Of a stretch of DNA of 50,151 bases, positions 36,159 through 46,336 are shown piece by piece (positions within the stretch are counted from its first letter, which is position 1; each line of letters opens with the position of its first letter). Both the position numbers and the translations under genes were made by a program. The DNA comes from an uncultured Mycobacteriales bacterium. Lineage in GTDB: Bacteria > Actinomycetota > Actinomycetes > Mycobacteriales > CADCTP01. The stretch is from the NCBI GenBank assembly GCA_902805565.1, contig CADCTP010000001.1, positions 1 through 50,151 of the forward strand. Reading direction: 5' to 3'. The notes beneath the pieces are model-generated. The model saw nothing but the letters and a program-made list of their open reading frames with translations. It was not told where the DNA came from and did no database searches.

Positions 36159-37151
36159 ATGGCGTCCGTCGACACCCGCTCCGCCGGCCCGGACACCCTC
36201 GGGCCGGCGGAGCGGGCGCCGGCCCCCGGCCGCCGTGGTCCGTCCCGGCACGGCGGCCGTTGGGTCCCGTACGTCCTGCTCGCCCCCTACCTGCTGCTCT
36301 TCTTCGCCTTCGTGCTGGCCCCGATCGTGTACGGCATCTGGGTCAGCCTGCACATCTGGGACTTCACGCTCCCCAACAAGCCGTGGACCGGCCTGGGGAA
36401 CTACAGGGACCTCTTCGACTCCGAGTCGGTGGTCGGGCCCGACTTCATCCGGGCGATGAAGGCCACGGCGATCTTCACGATCCTCAGCGTGCCGCTGCTG
36501 GTGGTGATCCCGCTGGGGGTCGCCATGCTGATGAACGCGAAGTTCCCCGGCCGGAACCTGTTCCGGGCCGTCTACTTCGCGCCGTACGTGCTGGGTGTCG
36601 CGGTGATCGGCGTGCTGTGGCGCTACATCCTGGACGGCAACATCGGGCTGCTCAACCACTACCTCGGGATCCTGGGCCTGCCCGACGACATCGCCTGGAC
36701 CACCTCGACGCCGGCGGCCTGGGTGGCGCTGGTCGGGGTGACGGTCTGGTGGACCCTCGGCTTCAACGCCGTGATCTACCTGGCCGGGCTGCAGGACATC
36801 TCGCCCGAGCTCTACGAGGCCGCCATCATCGACGGGGCCGGCCCGTGGGCCCGGTTCCGCAACGTGACGCTGCCGGGGCTGCGGCCGGTGCTGCAGTTCG
36901 TCGTGATCACGACGATCATCGCCTCGGCGAACATGTTCGGCCAGTCCTACATCATCACCCAGGGTCAGCCCGGCAACGAGACCCGCACGGCGATCATGTA
37001 CATCGCCGAGACCGGTCTGAAGAACTTCGACATGGGCCGGGCGGCCGCGATGAGCTTCGTGCTCACGGTGTGCCTGCTGCTGCTCAGCGGCCTGGTCATG
37101 CTGCTCTTCCGGGAGAGGAAGCCGAAGCCGCTGAAGGGGGTCTCGGCATGA
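36159..37151 (+). CDS. Carbohydrate ABC permease 1
   Basis: GLGNY, FAPYV, LAGLQDI..ELYEAA.IDGA. Confidence 0.92.
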   Translation: MASVDTRSAGPDTLGPAERAPAPGRRGPSRHGGRWVPYVLLAPYLLLFFAFVLAPIVYGIWVSLHIWDFTLPNKPWTGLGNYRDLFDSESVVGPDFIRAMKATAIFTILSVPLLVVIPLGVAMLMNAKFPGRNLFRAVYFAPYVLGVAVIGVLWRYILDGNIGLLNHYLGILGLPDDIAWTTSTPAAWVALVGVTVWWTLGFNAVIYLAGLQDISPELYEAAIIDGAGPWARFRNVTLPGLRPVLQFVVITTIIASANMFGQSYIITQGQPGNETRTAIMYIAETGLKNFDMGRAAAMSFVLTVCLLLLSGLVMLLFRERKPKPLKGVSA

Positions 37152-38038
37152 CCGCGCTGGCCGAGGGCACGTCCACGCTGACCGAGGACCGGCCGCCGGA
37201 GCCGGCGCGCCGGCCCGGCGGGCTGAAGCGGGTCCTGCAGTACACCGTGCTGGTGATCCTCACGATCCTGTTCGTGAGCCCGCTGGTCTGGATGGCGGTC
37301 ACGTCGTTCAAGACGCAGTCGGACGCGATCGACCCGGACCCGCAGTGGGTCCCGGCCAACCCGACGACCTCCGCGTACGACCAGATGCTGGGGTCCGACG
37401 ACACCCCGGTCCTGGGCTGGCTGCTCAACAGCGTGCTGGCGGCGACCGGGCAGGCGCTGCTGGTGGTCGCGACCGCGGCCCTGGCGGCGTACGCGCTGGC
37501 CCGGATGGACTTCCCGGGCAAGAAGATCATCTTCGGCATGATCGTGGCCACGCTGTTCGTGCCGGCGGTCATCCTGATCATCCCGAACTACATCTTCGTC
37601 GCCGAGCTCGCCTGGCTGGACAGCCTGACCGCGGTGATCGTGCCGGGGGCGGCGAGCGCGTTCGGGGTGTTCTTCCTGCGGCAGTTCTTCGTCGGGCTGC
37701 CGCAGGAGCTGGAGGAGGCGGCGTACGTGGACGGCGCCGGACCGTTCCGCATCTTCTGGTCGGTGGTCCTGCCGCTGTCCAAGCCGGCGCTGGCCACCCT
37801 GGCCATGCTGGCGTTCCTCACCAACTGGAACGACTTCCTCTGGCCGCTGTACGTGCTGTTCAGCGCCGACCAGCAGACCCTGCCGGCCGGGCTGGCGACG
37901 CTGCAGAACGCCAACGCGGTGCGGTACGACCTGCTCATGGCCGGTGCCATGATCGCGGCCGTGCCGGTGCTCCTGCTCTACCTCGCGGCCCAGCGGTTCG
38001 TCATCCAGGGCGTGTCCCGCAGCGGGCTGAAGGGCTAG
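37148..38038 (+). CDS. Carbohydrate ABC permease 2
   Basis: ATGA overlap; AYALARMDFPG, LRQFF, ELEEAAYVDGA, WNDFLWP, SGLKG. Confidence 0.92.
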   Translation: MTALAEGTSTLTEDRPPEPARRPGGLKRVLQYTVLVILTILFVSPLVWMAVTSFKTQSDAIDPDPQWVPANPTTSAYDQMLGSDDTPVLGWLLNSVLAATGQALLVVATAALAAYALARMDFPGKKIIFGMIVATLFVPAVILIIPNYIFVAELAWLDSLTAVIVPGAASAFGVFFLRQFFVGLPQELEEAAYVDGAGPFRIFWSVVLPLSKPALATLAMLAFLTNWNDFLWPLYVLFSADQQTLPAGLATLQNANAVRYDLLMAGAMIAAVPVLLLYLAAQRFVIQGVSRSGLKG

Positions 38039-38445
38039 ACGGGCAGCTCGGCCCACACGGTCTTGCCGCGGCCCGGGGAGGCACGCCATCCCCAGGCCGC
38101 GGCGAGCCGGGTGACCACGGACAGGCCGCGGCCGTTCTCCGCGGTCGCCGGGGCGTGCCGGTTGTTGTGCGGCGAGGACTCGGCGGCGCCGTCGGTCACC
38201 TCGACCCGGAACCGCTCGGTGCCCCGCACCACCGTCACCACGATCGGCTCCGCGCCGTGCACCACCGCGTTGGTGACCAGCTCGCTCACCACCAGCAGCA
38301 GGTCGCCCCGGGTGTCCGGGGCGCAGCCCCACTCCTCGAGCACCGCGGTGACCGCGTGCCGACCCCGGGACGGCGCGTCGGCGTCGCCGTCCAGCTCTAT
38401 GACCCGAGTGCTGGAGACCTGGTCCCCACCATGTCTGCCGTCCAC
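38035..38445 (-). CDS. HATPase_c anti-sigma factor-like (RsbW-type) ATP-binding protein
   Basis: SELVTNAVVHG, VEVTD, GRGL, GKTVWAEL. Start uncertain. Confidence 0.85.
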   Translation of the reverse strand: MDGRHGGDQVSSTRVIELDGDADAPSRGRHAVTAVLEEWGCAPDTRGDLLLVVSELVTNAVVHGAEPIVVTVVRGTERFRVEVTDGAAESSPHNNRHAPATAENGRGLSVVTRLAAAWGWRASPGRGKTVWAELPV

Positions 38446-38577
38446 GCCCCTTACCTGCCCGGCGAGCGCGCGGGCGATGCCCGATCCGGGCACAGATTTC
38501 CGGGACGTGCCGGAACACCGGGGATGAACCCGACGGGTGGTCACCGATTCACTACCCACAGTGACTAGAGTCGGCCC

Positions 38578-38793
38578 ATGAGCCCGGCCGACCCGCTCGC
38601 CGCGTACGAGCCGCAGGACCGCCCGGCCGAGCCGCGGCTGCACGAGCTCGCCCGGCTCTGCGAGGTGCCGATGGCCGCGGTCAACCTGCTGGACCGCGGG
38701 CGGATCGTCGAGGCCCACGGCGGTGCGATCGGGCTGTCCCCGGCGCGCGGCGGCGGGACCGTGGCCTGGTTCACCCTGGCCGATCCGTCGTAG
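38578..38793 (+). pseudogene. Internally deleted GAF sensor histidine kinase remnant (71 aa)
   Basis: GAF-start-like LAAY..DRPAEP.L.ELARLCEVPMAAVNLLD joined in frame to HATPase-end-like RIVEAHGG.I......GGGT..WFTL. Confidence 0.65.
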
Positions 38794-38813
38794 CCGCCGG
38801 TTAGCCTCCGGCC

Positions 38814-40337
38814 GTGCTGTTACGGGAGCTCGCGGACACCTCGGACGCCGTCGGCGCCACCCCGGCCCGGCTCGGCAAGGTCGGGCTGCTGGCCGCCGCC
38901 CTGGCCCGGGCCGAGCCCGCGCAGGCGCCGGCCGCGGTGGCGTACCTGTCCGGGGAGCTGGTGCAGCGGCAGATCGGCGTGGGCTGGGCCGCGCTGCGCG
39001 CGGTGCCGCCGCCGGCCGCGGAGCCGTCGCTGACCGTGGCCGAGGTCGACCGGGTGTTCGGCGCGATCGGCGGCACCGCGGGCCCGGGCTCGCAGGCGGT
39101 CCGCCGGGACCTGCTGGCCGGCCTGTTCGCCCGGGCCACCGAGCCCGAGCAGCGGTTCCTGCGCCGGCTGCTCACCGGCGAGCTGCGGCAGGGCGCGCTG
39201 GAGGGCGTGATGGTCGACGCGGTGGCCCGGGCGGCCGGGCTGCCGGTCCGGGACGTACGGCGGGCGGCGATGCTGCGCGGCGACCTCGGCGCGGTCGCCG
39301 CCGCGGCGCTGGCCGGGGGAGCGGCGGCGCTGGCCGGGTTCCGGCTGGAGGTCGGCCGCCCCGTGCAGCCGATGCTGGCCGGGACGGCGGAGAGCGTCGC
39401 GGCCGCGCTGGCCACCCTGGGCGCCACCGCCGCGGTCGAGTGGAAGCTGGACGGCGCCCGGATCCAGGTGCACCGCAGCGGCCGGGACGTCGGGGTCTGG
39501 ACCCGCAGCCTGGACGACGTCACCGCCCGGCTGCCGGAGGTGGTGGAGGCGGCGCTGGCGCTGCCGGTGTCCGACGCCGTGCTCGACGGCGAGGCGATCG
39601 CGCTGCGGCCGGACGGGCGGCCGCAGCCGTTCCAGGTCACCGCGGCCCGGCTCGGGTCCCGGGGGGACACCGGCGCGCTGCGGGCGGCGACCCCGCTGAC
39701 GCCGGTGCTGTTCGACCTGCTGCACCTGGACGGCGCGGACCTGCTGGACGCGCCGGGCGCGGACCGGGCGGCGGCGCTGGCCGGGGTGGTCCCGGAGCCG
39801 CTGCGGGTAGCCCGGACGGTCACCGGCTCCGCGGCGGAGGCGGACGGGTTCTTCGCCGGCGCGCTCGCGGCCGGCCACGAGGGGGTGGTGGTCAAGTCGC
39901 TGACCGGACCGTACGAGGCGGGCCGGCGCGGGTCGGGCTGGCTGAAGGTGAAGCCGCGGCACACCCTCGACCTGGTCGTGCTGGCCGTCGAGCGCGGCCA
40001 CGGCCGGCGCACGGGCTGGCTGTCGAACCTGCACCTGGGGGCCCGGGACCCGGCCGGCGGGTTCGTGATGCTGGGCAAGACGTTCAAGGGGCTGACCGAC
40101 GACCTGCTGCGCTGGCAGACCGAGCGGCTGTCCGCGCTGGCGGTGGCCGACGACGGCTGGCTGGTCCGGGTCCGGCCGGAGCTGGTGGTGGAGATCGCCT
40201 TCGACGGCGTGCAGACCAGCCCGCGCTACCCCGGCGGGGTGGCGCTGCGGTTCGCCCGGGTGCTGCGCTACCGGGAGGACAAGACGGCGGCCGAGGCCGA
40301 CACCATCGACACGGTCCGGGCCTTGCACGCGGGCTGA
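38814..40337 (+). CDS. ligB: ATP-dependent DNA ligase B
   Basis: [12 protein letters not shown] (adenylated Lys), LDGE, FDLL, EGVVVK, WLKVKP, ALRFAR. Confidence 0.93.
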   Translation: MLLRELADTSDAVGATPARLGKVGLLAAALARAEPAQAPAAVAYLSGELVQRQIGVGWAALRAVPPPAAEPSLTVAEVDRVFGAIGGTAGPGSQAVRRDLLAGLFARATEPEQRFLRRLLTGELRQGALEGVMVDAVARAAGLPVRDVRRAAMLRGDLGAVAAAALAGGAAALAGFRLEVGRPVQPMLAGTAESVAAALATLGATAAVEWKLDGARIQVHRSGRDVGVWTRSLDDVTARLPEVVEAALALPVSDAVLDGEAIALRPDGRPQPFQVTAARLGSRGDTGALRAATPLTPVLFDLLHLDGADLLDAPGADRAAALAGVVPEPLRVARTVTGSAAEADGFFAGALAAGHEGVVVKSLTGPYEAGRRGSGWLKVKPRHTLDLVVLAVERGHGRRTGWLSNLHLGARDPAGGFVMLGKTFKGLTDDLLRWQTERLSALAVADDGWLVRVRPELVVEIAFDGVQTSPRYPGGVALRFARVLRYREDKTAAEADTIDTVRALHAG

Positions 40338-40342
40338 CCCGC

Positions 40343-40384
40343 AAAAGCCGGGAGGCCCGGCCGCCGAAGCGGTCGGGCCTCCCG
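40343..40384 (-). terminator. Intrinsic terminator between convergent ligB and the GlsB-family gene
   Basis: 16-bp stem at 40349-40384 (one imperfect pair); on the minus strand the loop is TTCG and the stem is followed by GCTTTT. Confidence 0.75.
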
Positions 40385-40406
40385 AGAGTCCCCGTGACGA
40401 GCTGCG

Positions 40407-40682
40407 TCAGACGCGCGAGCCACGCCGCGTGACGGCACGGTAGACGAGCAGCACGATGATCGCACCGATGATCGAGCCGATGATGCCCGACGGCGAGATG
40501 CCGCGATCCTGGGCGTCACTCCGGAACAGGACGTCGGCGAGGAAGCCGCCGACGAAGGAGCCGACGATGCCCAGCAGGATCGTGGCGCCGATGCCCATCG
40601 GGTCCTTGCCCGGCACCAGCGCACGGGCGATGAAGCCCGCGATCGCACCGATGACGATGAGCGAAATGATGAACCAGAGCAC
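40407..40682 (-). CDS. GlsB/YeaQ/YmgE stress-response membrane protein
   Basis: G.IAG.IARALVPG, LGIVGSFVGG, SIIGAII; RBS GGAGGA. Confidence 0.9.
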   Translation of the reverse strand: MLWFIISLIVIGAIAGFIARALVPGKDPMGIGATILLGIVGSFVGGFLADVLFRSDAQDRGISPSGIIGSIIGAIIVLLVYRAVTRRGSRV

Positions 40683-40739
40683 GGGTTCCTCCACAGTGTC
40701 GTGACGGCCCCACACCGTCACTGTTGGTCGGAACGAGGA

Positions 40740-40766
40740 GTACCCAGCGCTGGGCCGGCCCAATCC
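40740..40766 (-). promoter_or_regulatory. SigF/SigB-type general-stress promoter
   Basis: GGATT-N16-GGGTAC on the minus strand upstream of the GlsB-family gene. Confidence 0.55.
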
Positions 40767-40901
40767 CCCGAGCGTCCGATGCCTGCTCAGGGGCCCTGCG
40801 GACTCCCGGCGTGTGGCCCCGGACGCCGGGGACTATTCTTCAGGTGCTCGCTGCCGTGACCCTCCCGGTCCGGTGGTGCGTCGACCAGCCGGAGGCATGT
40901 A

Positions 40902-42659
40902 GTGACCGTGACCGCCCCCTCGCCGATCGTCAGCCGCCCCGCTCCGGCGCGGTCGACCTCCCGCGGGTCGGTCATGCTCGACCTGCTGAAGACGACCGAT
41001 CACAAGCTGATCGGCAAGATGTACCTGGTCACCTCGTTCGCGTTCTTCATGATCGGCGGCCTGATGGCGCTGCTCATGCGGGGCGAGCTGGCGCGCCCGG
41101 GCCTGCAGTACCTCAGCCCGGAGCAGTACAACCAGCTCTTCACGATGCACGGCACGATCATGCTGCTGTTCTTCGCGACGCCGATGGTCTTCGCGTTCGC
41201 GAACCTGGTGCTGCCGCTGCAGATCGGCGCCCCGGACGTGAGCTTCCCGCGGCTGAACGCGTTCTCCTTCTGGCTGTTCCTGTTCGGCGGGCTGACCGCG
41301 GTCTCCGGCTTCCTCACCCCGGGCGGCGCCGCCGACTTCGGGTGGTACGCGTACACGCCGCTGACCGACGCGACGAACTCGCCGGGCGTCGGCGCCGACC
41401 TGTGGTTCATCGGTCTGGCGATCTCCGGCCTGGGCACCATCCTCGGCGCGGTCAACATGATCACCACGATCGTGACCCTGCGGGCGCCGGGCATGACGAT
41501 GTTCCGGATGCCGATCTTCACCTGGAACATCCTGGTGACCAGCGTCCTGGTGCTGCTGGCGTTCCCGATCCTCACCGCGGCGATCTTCGGGATCCTGGCC
41601 GACCGCAAGCTCAACGCGCAGGTCTTCGAGGCCGAGAACGGCGGCGCCATCCTGTGGCAGCACCTGTTCTGGTTCTTCGGGCACCCCGAGGTCTACATCG
41701 TCGCGCTGCCGTTCTTCGGCATCATCACCGAGATCATCCCGGTGTTCTCCCGCAAGCCGATCTTCGGCTACAAGGGCCTGGTCGGCGCGACCATCGCCAT
41801 CGGCGCGCTGTCGGTGACGGTCTGGGCGCACCACATGTTCGCCACCGGCGGCGTGCTGCTGCCGTTCTTCTCCTTCCTGACCTACCTCATCGCGGTGCCG
41901 ACCGGGATCAAGTTCTTCAACTGGATCGGCACGATGTGGCGGGGCTCGATCAGCTTCGAGACACCGATGCTCTGGTCGATCGGCTTCCTGGTGACCTTCC
42001 TGCTGGGCGGGCTCACCGGCGTCATCCTCGGCTCGCCGCCGCTGGACTTCCACCTCAACGACTCGTACTTCGTCGTGGCGCACTTCCACTACGTGCTCTT
42101 CGGCACGATCGTCTTCGCGGTGTTCGCCGGGATCTACTTCTGGTTCCCGAAGTTCACCGGGCGCTACCTGGACGAGAAGCTCGGCAAGCTGCACTTCTGG
42201 GCCACCTTCATCGGGTTCCACCTGACCTTCCTGGTGCAGCACTACCTGGGCGCCGAGGGCATGCCGCGGCGGTACGCGGACTACCTGCCGGGCGACGGCT
42301 TCACCACGCTGAACACGATCTCCACGGTCGGCGCCTTCCTGCTCGGCATCGCGACGGTGCCGTTCCTGTGGAACGCCTACCACTCGTACAAGTTCGGCGA
42401 GGTCGTCACGGCCGACGACCCGTGGGGTCACGGCAACTCGCTGGAGTGGGCGACCTCCTGCCCGCCGCCGCGGCACAACTTCACCGTGATGCCGCGGATC
42501 CGGTCCGAGCGCCCGGCGTTCGAGGCGCACTACCCGCACATGCTCGACCGGCTGGAGGTGGAGGCGCACTCGACGGGGTCCGGACCGATGGGGCCGGACA
42601 ACATCGTGGGCGACGAGGCCGGACCGCGTCAGGGCGCCCGGGACACCGACCCGAGCTGA
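40902..42659 (+). CDS. ctaD: Cytochrome c oxidase subunit I (aa3 type)
   Basis: [40 protein letters not shown]. Confidence 0.97.
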   Translation: MTVTAPSPIVSRPAPARSTSRGSVMLDLLKTTDHKLIGKMYLVTSFAFFMIGGLMALLMRGELARPGLQYLSPEQYNQLFTMHGTIMLLFFATPMVFAFANLVLPLQIGAPDVSFPRLNAFSFWLFLFGGLTAVSGFLTPGGAADFGWYAYTPLTDATNSPGVGADLWFIGLAISGLGTILGAVNMITTIVTLRAPGMTMFRMPIFTWNILVTSVLVLLAFPILTAAIFGILADRKLNAQVFEAENGGAILWQHLFWFFGHPEVYIVALPFFGIITEIIPVFSRKPIFGYKGLVGATIAIGALSVTVWAHHMFATGGVLLPFFSFLTYLIAVPTGIKFFNWIGTMWRGSISFETPMLWSIGFLVTFLLGGLTGVILGSPPLDFHLNDSYFVVAHFHYVLFGTIVFAVFAGIYFWFPKFTGRYLDEKLGKLHFWATFIGFHLTFLVQHYLGAEGMPRRYADYLPGDGFTTLNTISTVGAFLLGIATVPFLWNAYHSYKFGEVVTADDPWGHGNSLEWATSCPPPRHNFTVMPRIRSERPAFEAHYPHMLDRLEVEAHSTGSGPMGPDNIVGDEAGPRQGARDTDPS

Positions 42660-42788
42660 TGCCCGGGCCGGACACTCCACCGGCGAGTCCTGTCACTTCT
42701 CGTGCGCGACTGCTACCGTTGCGTAACCCCTCCCGGAGCTGACCGAGTCGCCCGCGGGACCGCACCTCCACCGCACGACCCCTTCCTC

Positions 42789-43988
42789 ATGCACCCACAC
42801 TCCGTGCTCGTCACCGTCACCGGCCACGACCGGCCCGGCGTCACCTCCGCCCTGTTCGCGGCGCTCGCCGCCCACGACGTGGAGGTCCTGGACGTCGAGC
42901 AGGTCGTGATCAGCGACCGCCTGGTCCTCGGCGTCATGCTGGCCCTGCACGGCGACCCGGCCCCGCTGCGGCGGGCGGTCACCCACGCCGCCGAGGCGCT
43001 GGGCACCGAGGTCGAGGTCACCATCACCGAGGATCCGGACGAGCTGGCCGCCCAGGTGCCGGTCCGCCACCACGTGCTCGTGCTGGGCCGCCCGCTGCGG
43101 GCCGGCGCGGTCGGCGAGATGGCCCGGCGGATCTCCGACCTCGGCGGCAACATCCACTCGATCGTCCGGCTCACCCACCGGCCGGTGACCGCGCTGGAGC
43201 TGGTGGTCTCCGGGGTCGAGCCGCGCCGGCTCGGCGCCGGGCTGGTGGACGGGGCCGCCGCCGCCGGCGTCGACGTCGCGGTGGAGCGGGCCGGCCTGCA
43301 GCGGCGGGCCAAGCGGCTGCTGCTGCTGGACATGGACATCGTGGTGGTCGGGCCGGAGCCGTTCGCGGCGCTGGCCGACGAGGTGGGCCGGGGCGAGGAG
43401 TCCCGCCGCCTGCTGGCGGCCGACGGCCGGTCCGGCGCCGAGGTCGTCCGGGCCCGCGCCGCGCTGCTGGCCGGCGCCCCGGTGGAGATCCTCGACACGC
43501 TGCGCGGCCGGATGCGCTGGGCGCCGGGGTCCCGGGCGCTGATCGGGGCGGCCCGCCGGGCCGGGCACCGCGCCGGCATCGTGACCCCCGGCGTGGCCCA
43601 GGTGGCGGAGCACCTGGTGGACGGCCTGGCCCTGGACTTCCTGGCGGCCAACCGGCTGGAGACCGCGGACGGCCGGCTCACCGGGCGGATCGTCGGCGAG
43701 GTGGTCGGCGCCGGCGGGCGCGGCCGGGCGCTGGCCCGGTTCGCCGAGTCGTACGGGGTGCCGCTGACCCAGTCGGTCGCCGCCGGCTGCGGGCAGGACG
43801 CGGCCGAGCTGCTCCGGCTGGCCGGCCTCGGGGTCGTGCTCGACGTGGCCCGGCCGGTCCGCAGTGACGCCGAGCCGGGCCCCAGCGCCCACCTGGACGC
43901 CCTGCGCTTCGTCCTGGGCCTGCGGATGGACGACCCGGAGGACCCGCCCCGCCAGGCAACCGACGCGCTCGCCGCCGGGGGCCGCTGA
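42789..43988 (+). CDS. serB: ACT-ACT-HAD phosphoserine phosphatase homolog with degenerate catalytic motifs
   Basis: VTG.DRPGVT ACT domain, second ACT domain, AKRL...DMD, AN.LE..DG.LTG; follows ctaD as serB2 does in mycobacteria. Confidence 0.75.
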   Translation: MHPHSVLVTVTGHDRPGVTSALFAALAAHDVEVLDVEQVVISDRLVLGVMLALHGDPAPLRRAVTHAAEALGTEVEVTITEDPDELAAQVPVRHHVLVLGRPLRAGAVGEMARRISDLGGNIHSIVRLTHRPVTALELVVSGVEPRRLGAGLVDGAAAAGVDVAVERAGLQRRAKRLLLLDMDIVVVGPEPFAALADEVGRGEESRRLLAADGRSGAEVVRARAALLAGAPVEILDTLRGRMRWAPGSRALIGAARRAGHRAGIVTPGVAQVAEHLVDGLALDFLAANRLETADGRLTGRIVGEVVGAGGRGRALARFAESYGVPLTQSVAAGCGQDAAELLRLAGLGVVLDVARPVRSDAEPGPSAHLDALRFVLGLRMDDPEDPPRQATDALAAGGR

Positions 43989-43993
43989 CGGTC

Positions 43994-44089
43994 CCGGCCG
44001 CGCCGCCGACAGAGCCGCCAGCAGCGAGGCCGACCGAGCTGCCGGCAGTGCCGCCGGCCGCGCCGCCGGCTGTGCCGCCGGCCGGGATC
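43994..44089. repeat. Degenerate 12-nt tandem repeat (CCGGCMGYGCCG-like x8)
   Basis: Exact 12-nt period filling the gap between the convergent serB and pncA stops. Confidence 0.7.
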
Positions 44090-44690
44090 AGGCCCGGACG
44101 ACCGGGGTGCCGACCAGGGTGATCCCGGCGGCCCGCATCCGGTCCAGGGCCGCCTCGGTCGTGGCCGCGGCCACCCCCGCGGTCAGGTCCAGCCGGACCG
44201 TGGTGGCGAAGCCCGCCGCCGCGGCGTCCAGCGCGGTCGCGGCGACGCAGTGGTCGGTCGCGATGCCCATCACCTCGACCGTGTCCACGCCCGCGGCCCG
44301 CAGCCAGTCGGCCAGCCCGACGCCGTCCGGGCCGTGCCCCTCGAACCCCGAGTACGCCGCCTGGTACTCGCCCTTGTCGAACACGGCCGCCAGCAGCGAC
44401 CGGTCCAGTGCCGGGTGCAGCTCCACCCCGCCGGTGCCGACCACGCAGTGCACCGGCCAGGAGCTGACGTAGTCCGGCGTCGCGGCGAAGTGGGCGCCCG
44501 GGTCCACGTGGTGGTCGCGGGTGGCGACGACGTGCGCGTACCCGGCCCCGGCCAGGTGCCCGGTGATCGCCGCGGCGACCCCGGCCCCGCCGGCCACCGC
44601 GAGCGACCCGCCCTCGGTGAAGTCGTTCTGCACGTCGACCACGATCGCGGCCGTGCTCCCACCCCGGTCGGTCGGCAGCGTCACGCTCAT
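44088..44690 (-). CDS. pncA: Nicotinamidase/pyrazinamidase
   Basis: VDVQNDF.EGGSL, D.H....HF, WPVHC, KG...[13 protein letters not shown]. Confidence 0.92.
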   Translation of the reverse strand: MSVTLPTDRGGSTAAIVVDVQNDFTEGGSLAVAGGAGVAAAITGHLAGAGYAHVVATRDHHVDPGAHFAATPDYVSSWPVHCVVGTGGVELHPALDRSLLAAVFDKGEYQAAYSGFEGHGPDGVGLADWLRAAGVDTVEVMGIATDHCVAATALDAAAAGFATTVRLDLTAGVAAATTEAALDRMRAAGITLVGTPVVRA

Positions 44691-45967
44691 CCCTCCAGCA
44701 GCACGGTGGGCAGGGCCGGGTCGCCCTGCGACAGCTTCAGACCCTCCCACGGTACGGACCGCAGCGCCGCCGCCAGCCGCTCCCGGGACGCCCCCAGGTC
44801 GGTCGCGTCGGACTCCACCCGCTTGCCGCCGCGGACCAGCGGCACCTGCAGCAGCCGGTCGTGCGGGCCCAGCCCGGGCTCGCCGCGGGACACCAGGACC
44901 TCCTCGGTCGCGGTGCCGGTCTCCCGGTGCCGGCGCAGCGCGGTCTTCCGGCCGCCCTGGGTCGCCTTGTGCTCCGACCGCTTCGCCACCGGCCGGCCCT
45001 CGACCTCGACCAGCTTGTAGACCATGCCGGCGGTCGGCGCGCCGGAGCCGGTCACCACCGAGGTGCCCACGCCGTAGACGTCGACCGGCGCGGCGGCCAG
45101 CCCGGCGATGGCGTACTCGTCCAGGTCGCCGGACAGCACGATCCGGGTCCCGGTCGCGCCCAGCGAGTCCAGCAGCCGCCGCGAGTCGTGGGCCAGCACC
45201 GACAGGTCGCCGGAGTCGATCCGGACCGCGCCCAGCCCCGGCCCGGCGACCTCGACGGCGGTCCGGATGCCCCGGGCGATGTCGTACGTGTCGACCAGCA
45301 GCGTGGTGCCGGTGCCCAGCGCGTCCAGCTGCGCCCGGAAGGCGGCGGCCTCGCTGTCGTGCAGCAGCGTGAACGAGTGCGCGGCGGTGCCCGAGGTCGG
45401 CACCCCGTACCGGCGGCCGGCCTCCAGGTTGGAGGTCGAGGCGAACCCGGCGAGATACGCCGCCCGGGCCGCGGCCACCGCGGCCTCCTCGTGGGTGCGC
45501 CGGGAGCCCATCTCGATCAGCGGCCGGCCGCCGGCCGCGGTGACCATCCGGGCGGCCGCGGCGGCGATCGCGCAGTCGTGGTTGAGCACCGACAGCGCCA
45601 GCGTCTCCAGCAGCACCGCCTCGCCGAAGGTCCCGGTCACCGTCAGCACCGGCGAGCTCGGGAAGAACAGCTCGCCCTCCGGGTAGCCGTCGACGTCCCC
45701 GGTGAACCGCCAGTCCGCCAGCCAGGCCAGGGTCGCCTCGTCCAGCCCGGAGCCGGCCAGCTCGGCCAGCTCGGCGGGGCCGAACCGGAAGTCGGCGAGC
45801 GCGTCCAGCAGCCGCCCGGTGCCGGCCACCACGCCGTACCGGCGACCGCCGGGCAGGCGGCGGGCGAACACCTCGAAGACGCACGAGCGCCCGGCGGAGC
45901 CGTCCCGCAGGGCGGAGGCGAGCATCGTCAGCTCGTACCGGTCGGTCAGCAGCGCGGTCGAGGGCAC
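44687..45967 (-). CDS. pncB: Nicotinate phosphoribosyltransferase
   Basis: [45 protein letters not shown]. Confidence 0.95.
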   Translation of the reverse strand: MPSTALLTDRYELTMLASALRDGSAGRSCVFEVFARRLPGGRRYGVVAGTGRLLDALADFRFGPAELAELAGSGLDEATLAWLADWRFTGDVDGYPEGELFFPSSPVLTVTGTFGEAVLLETLALSVLNHDCAIAAAAARMVTAAGGRPLIEMGSRRTHEEAAVAAARAAYLAGFASTSNLEAGRRYGVPTSGTAAHSFTLLHDSEAAAFRAQLDALGTGTTLLVDTYDIARGIRTAVEVAGPGLGAVRIDSGDLSVLAHDSRRLLDSLGATGTRIVLSGDLDEYAIAGLAAAPVDVYGVGTSVVTGSGAPTAGMVYKLVEVEGRPVAKRSEHKATQGGRKTALRRHRETGTATEEVLVSRGEPGLGPHDRLLQVPLVRGGKRVESDATDLGASRERLAAALRSVPWEGLKLSQGDPALPTVLLEG

Positions 45968-46018
45968 CGGCCGAGCCTAGGCCGTGACCCCGTTCCGGCG
46001 ACGTGCCACCATGGTCGG

Positions 46019-46336
46019 GTGAGCGGCACCCTGGCGGCCGGTACGGACACCGGCACCGCGACCGACACGCGGCAGGACACCGACGAGGCGACCGACGTCC
46101 GGGCGGCGGTGCCGTGGGTCACCCTCGTCTGGAACGACCCGATCAACCTGATGTCCTACGTCACGCACGTCCTGCAGAAGCTGTTCGGCTACGACCGGGA
46201 GAAGGCGACCAAGCTCATGCTCGACGTGCACCAGCGCGGCCGCGCGGTGGTCAGCTCCGGCTCCCGGGAGCAGATGGAGCACGACGTCGCCCGGCTGCAC
46301 GCGTACGGCCTCTGGGCCACCCTGCAGAAGCAGTGA
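46019..46336 (+). CDS. clpS: Clp protease adaptor ClpS
   Basis: [32 protein letters not shown]. Confidence 0.93.
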   Translation: MSGTLAAGTDTGTATDTRQDTDEATDVRAAVPWVTLVWNDPINLMSYVTHVLQKLFGYDREKATKLMLDVHQRGRAVVSSGSREQMEHDVARLHAYGLWATLQKQ

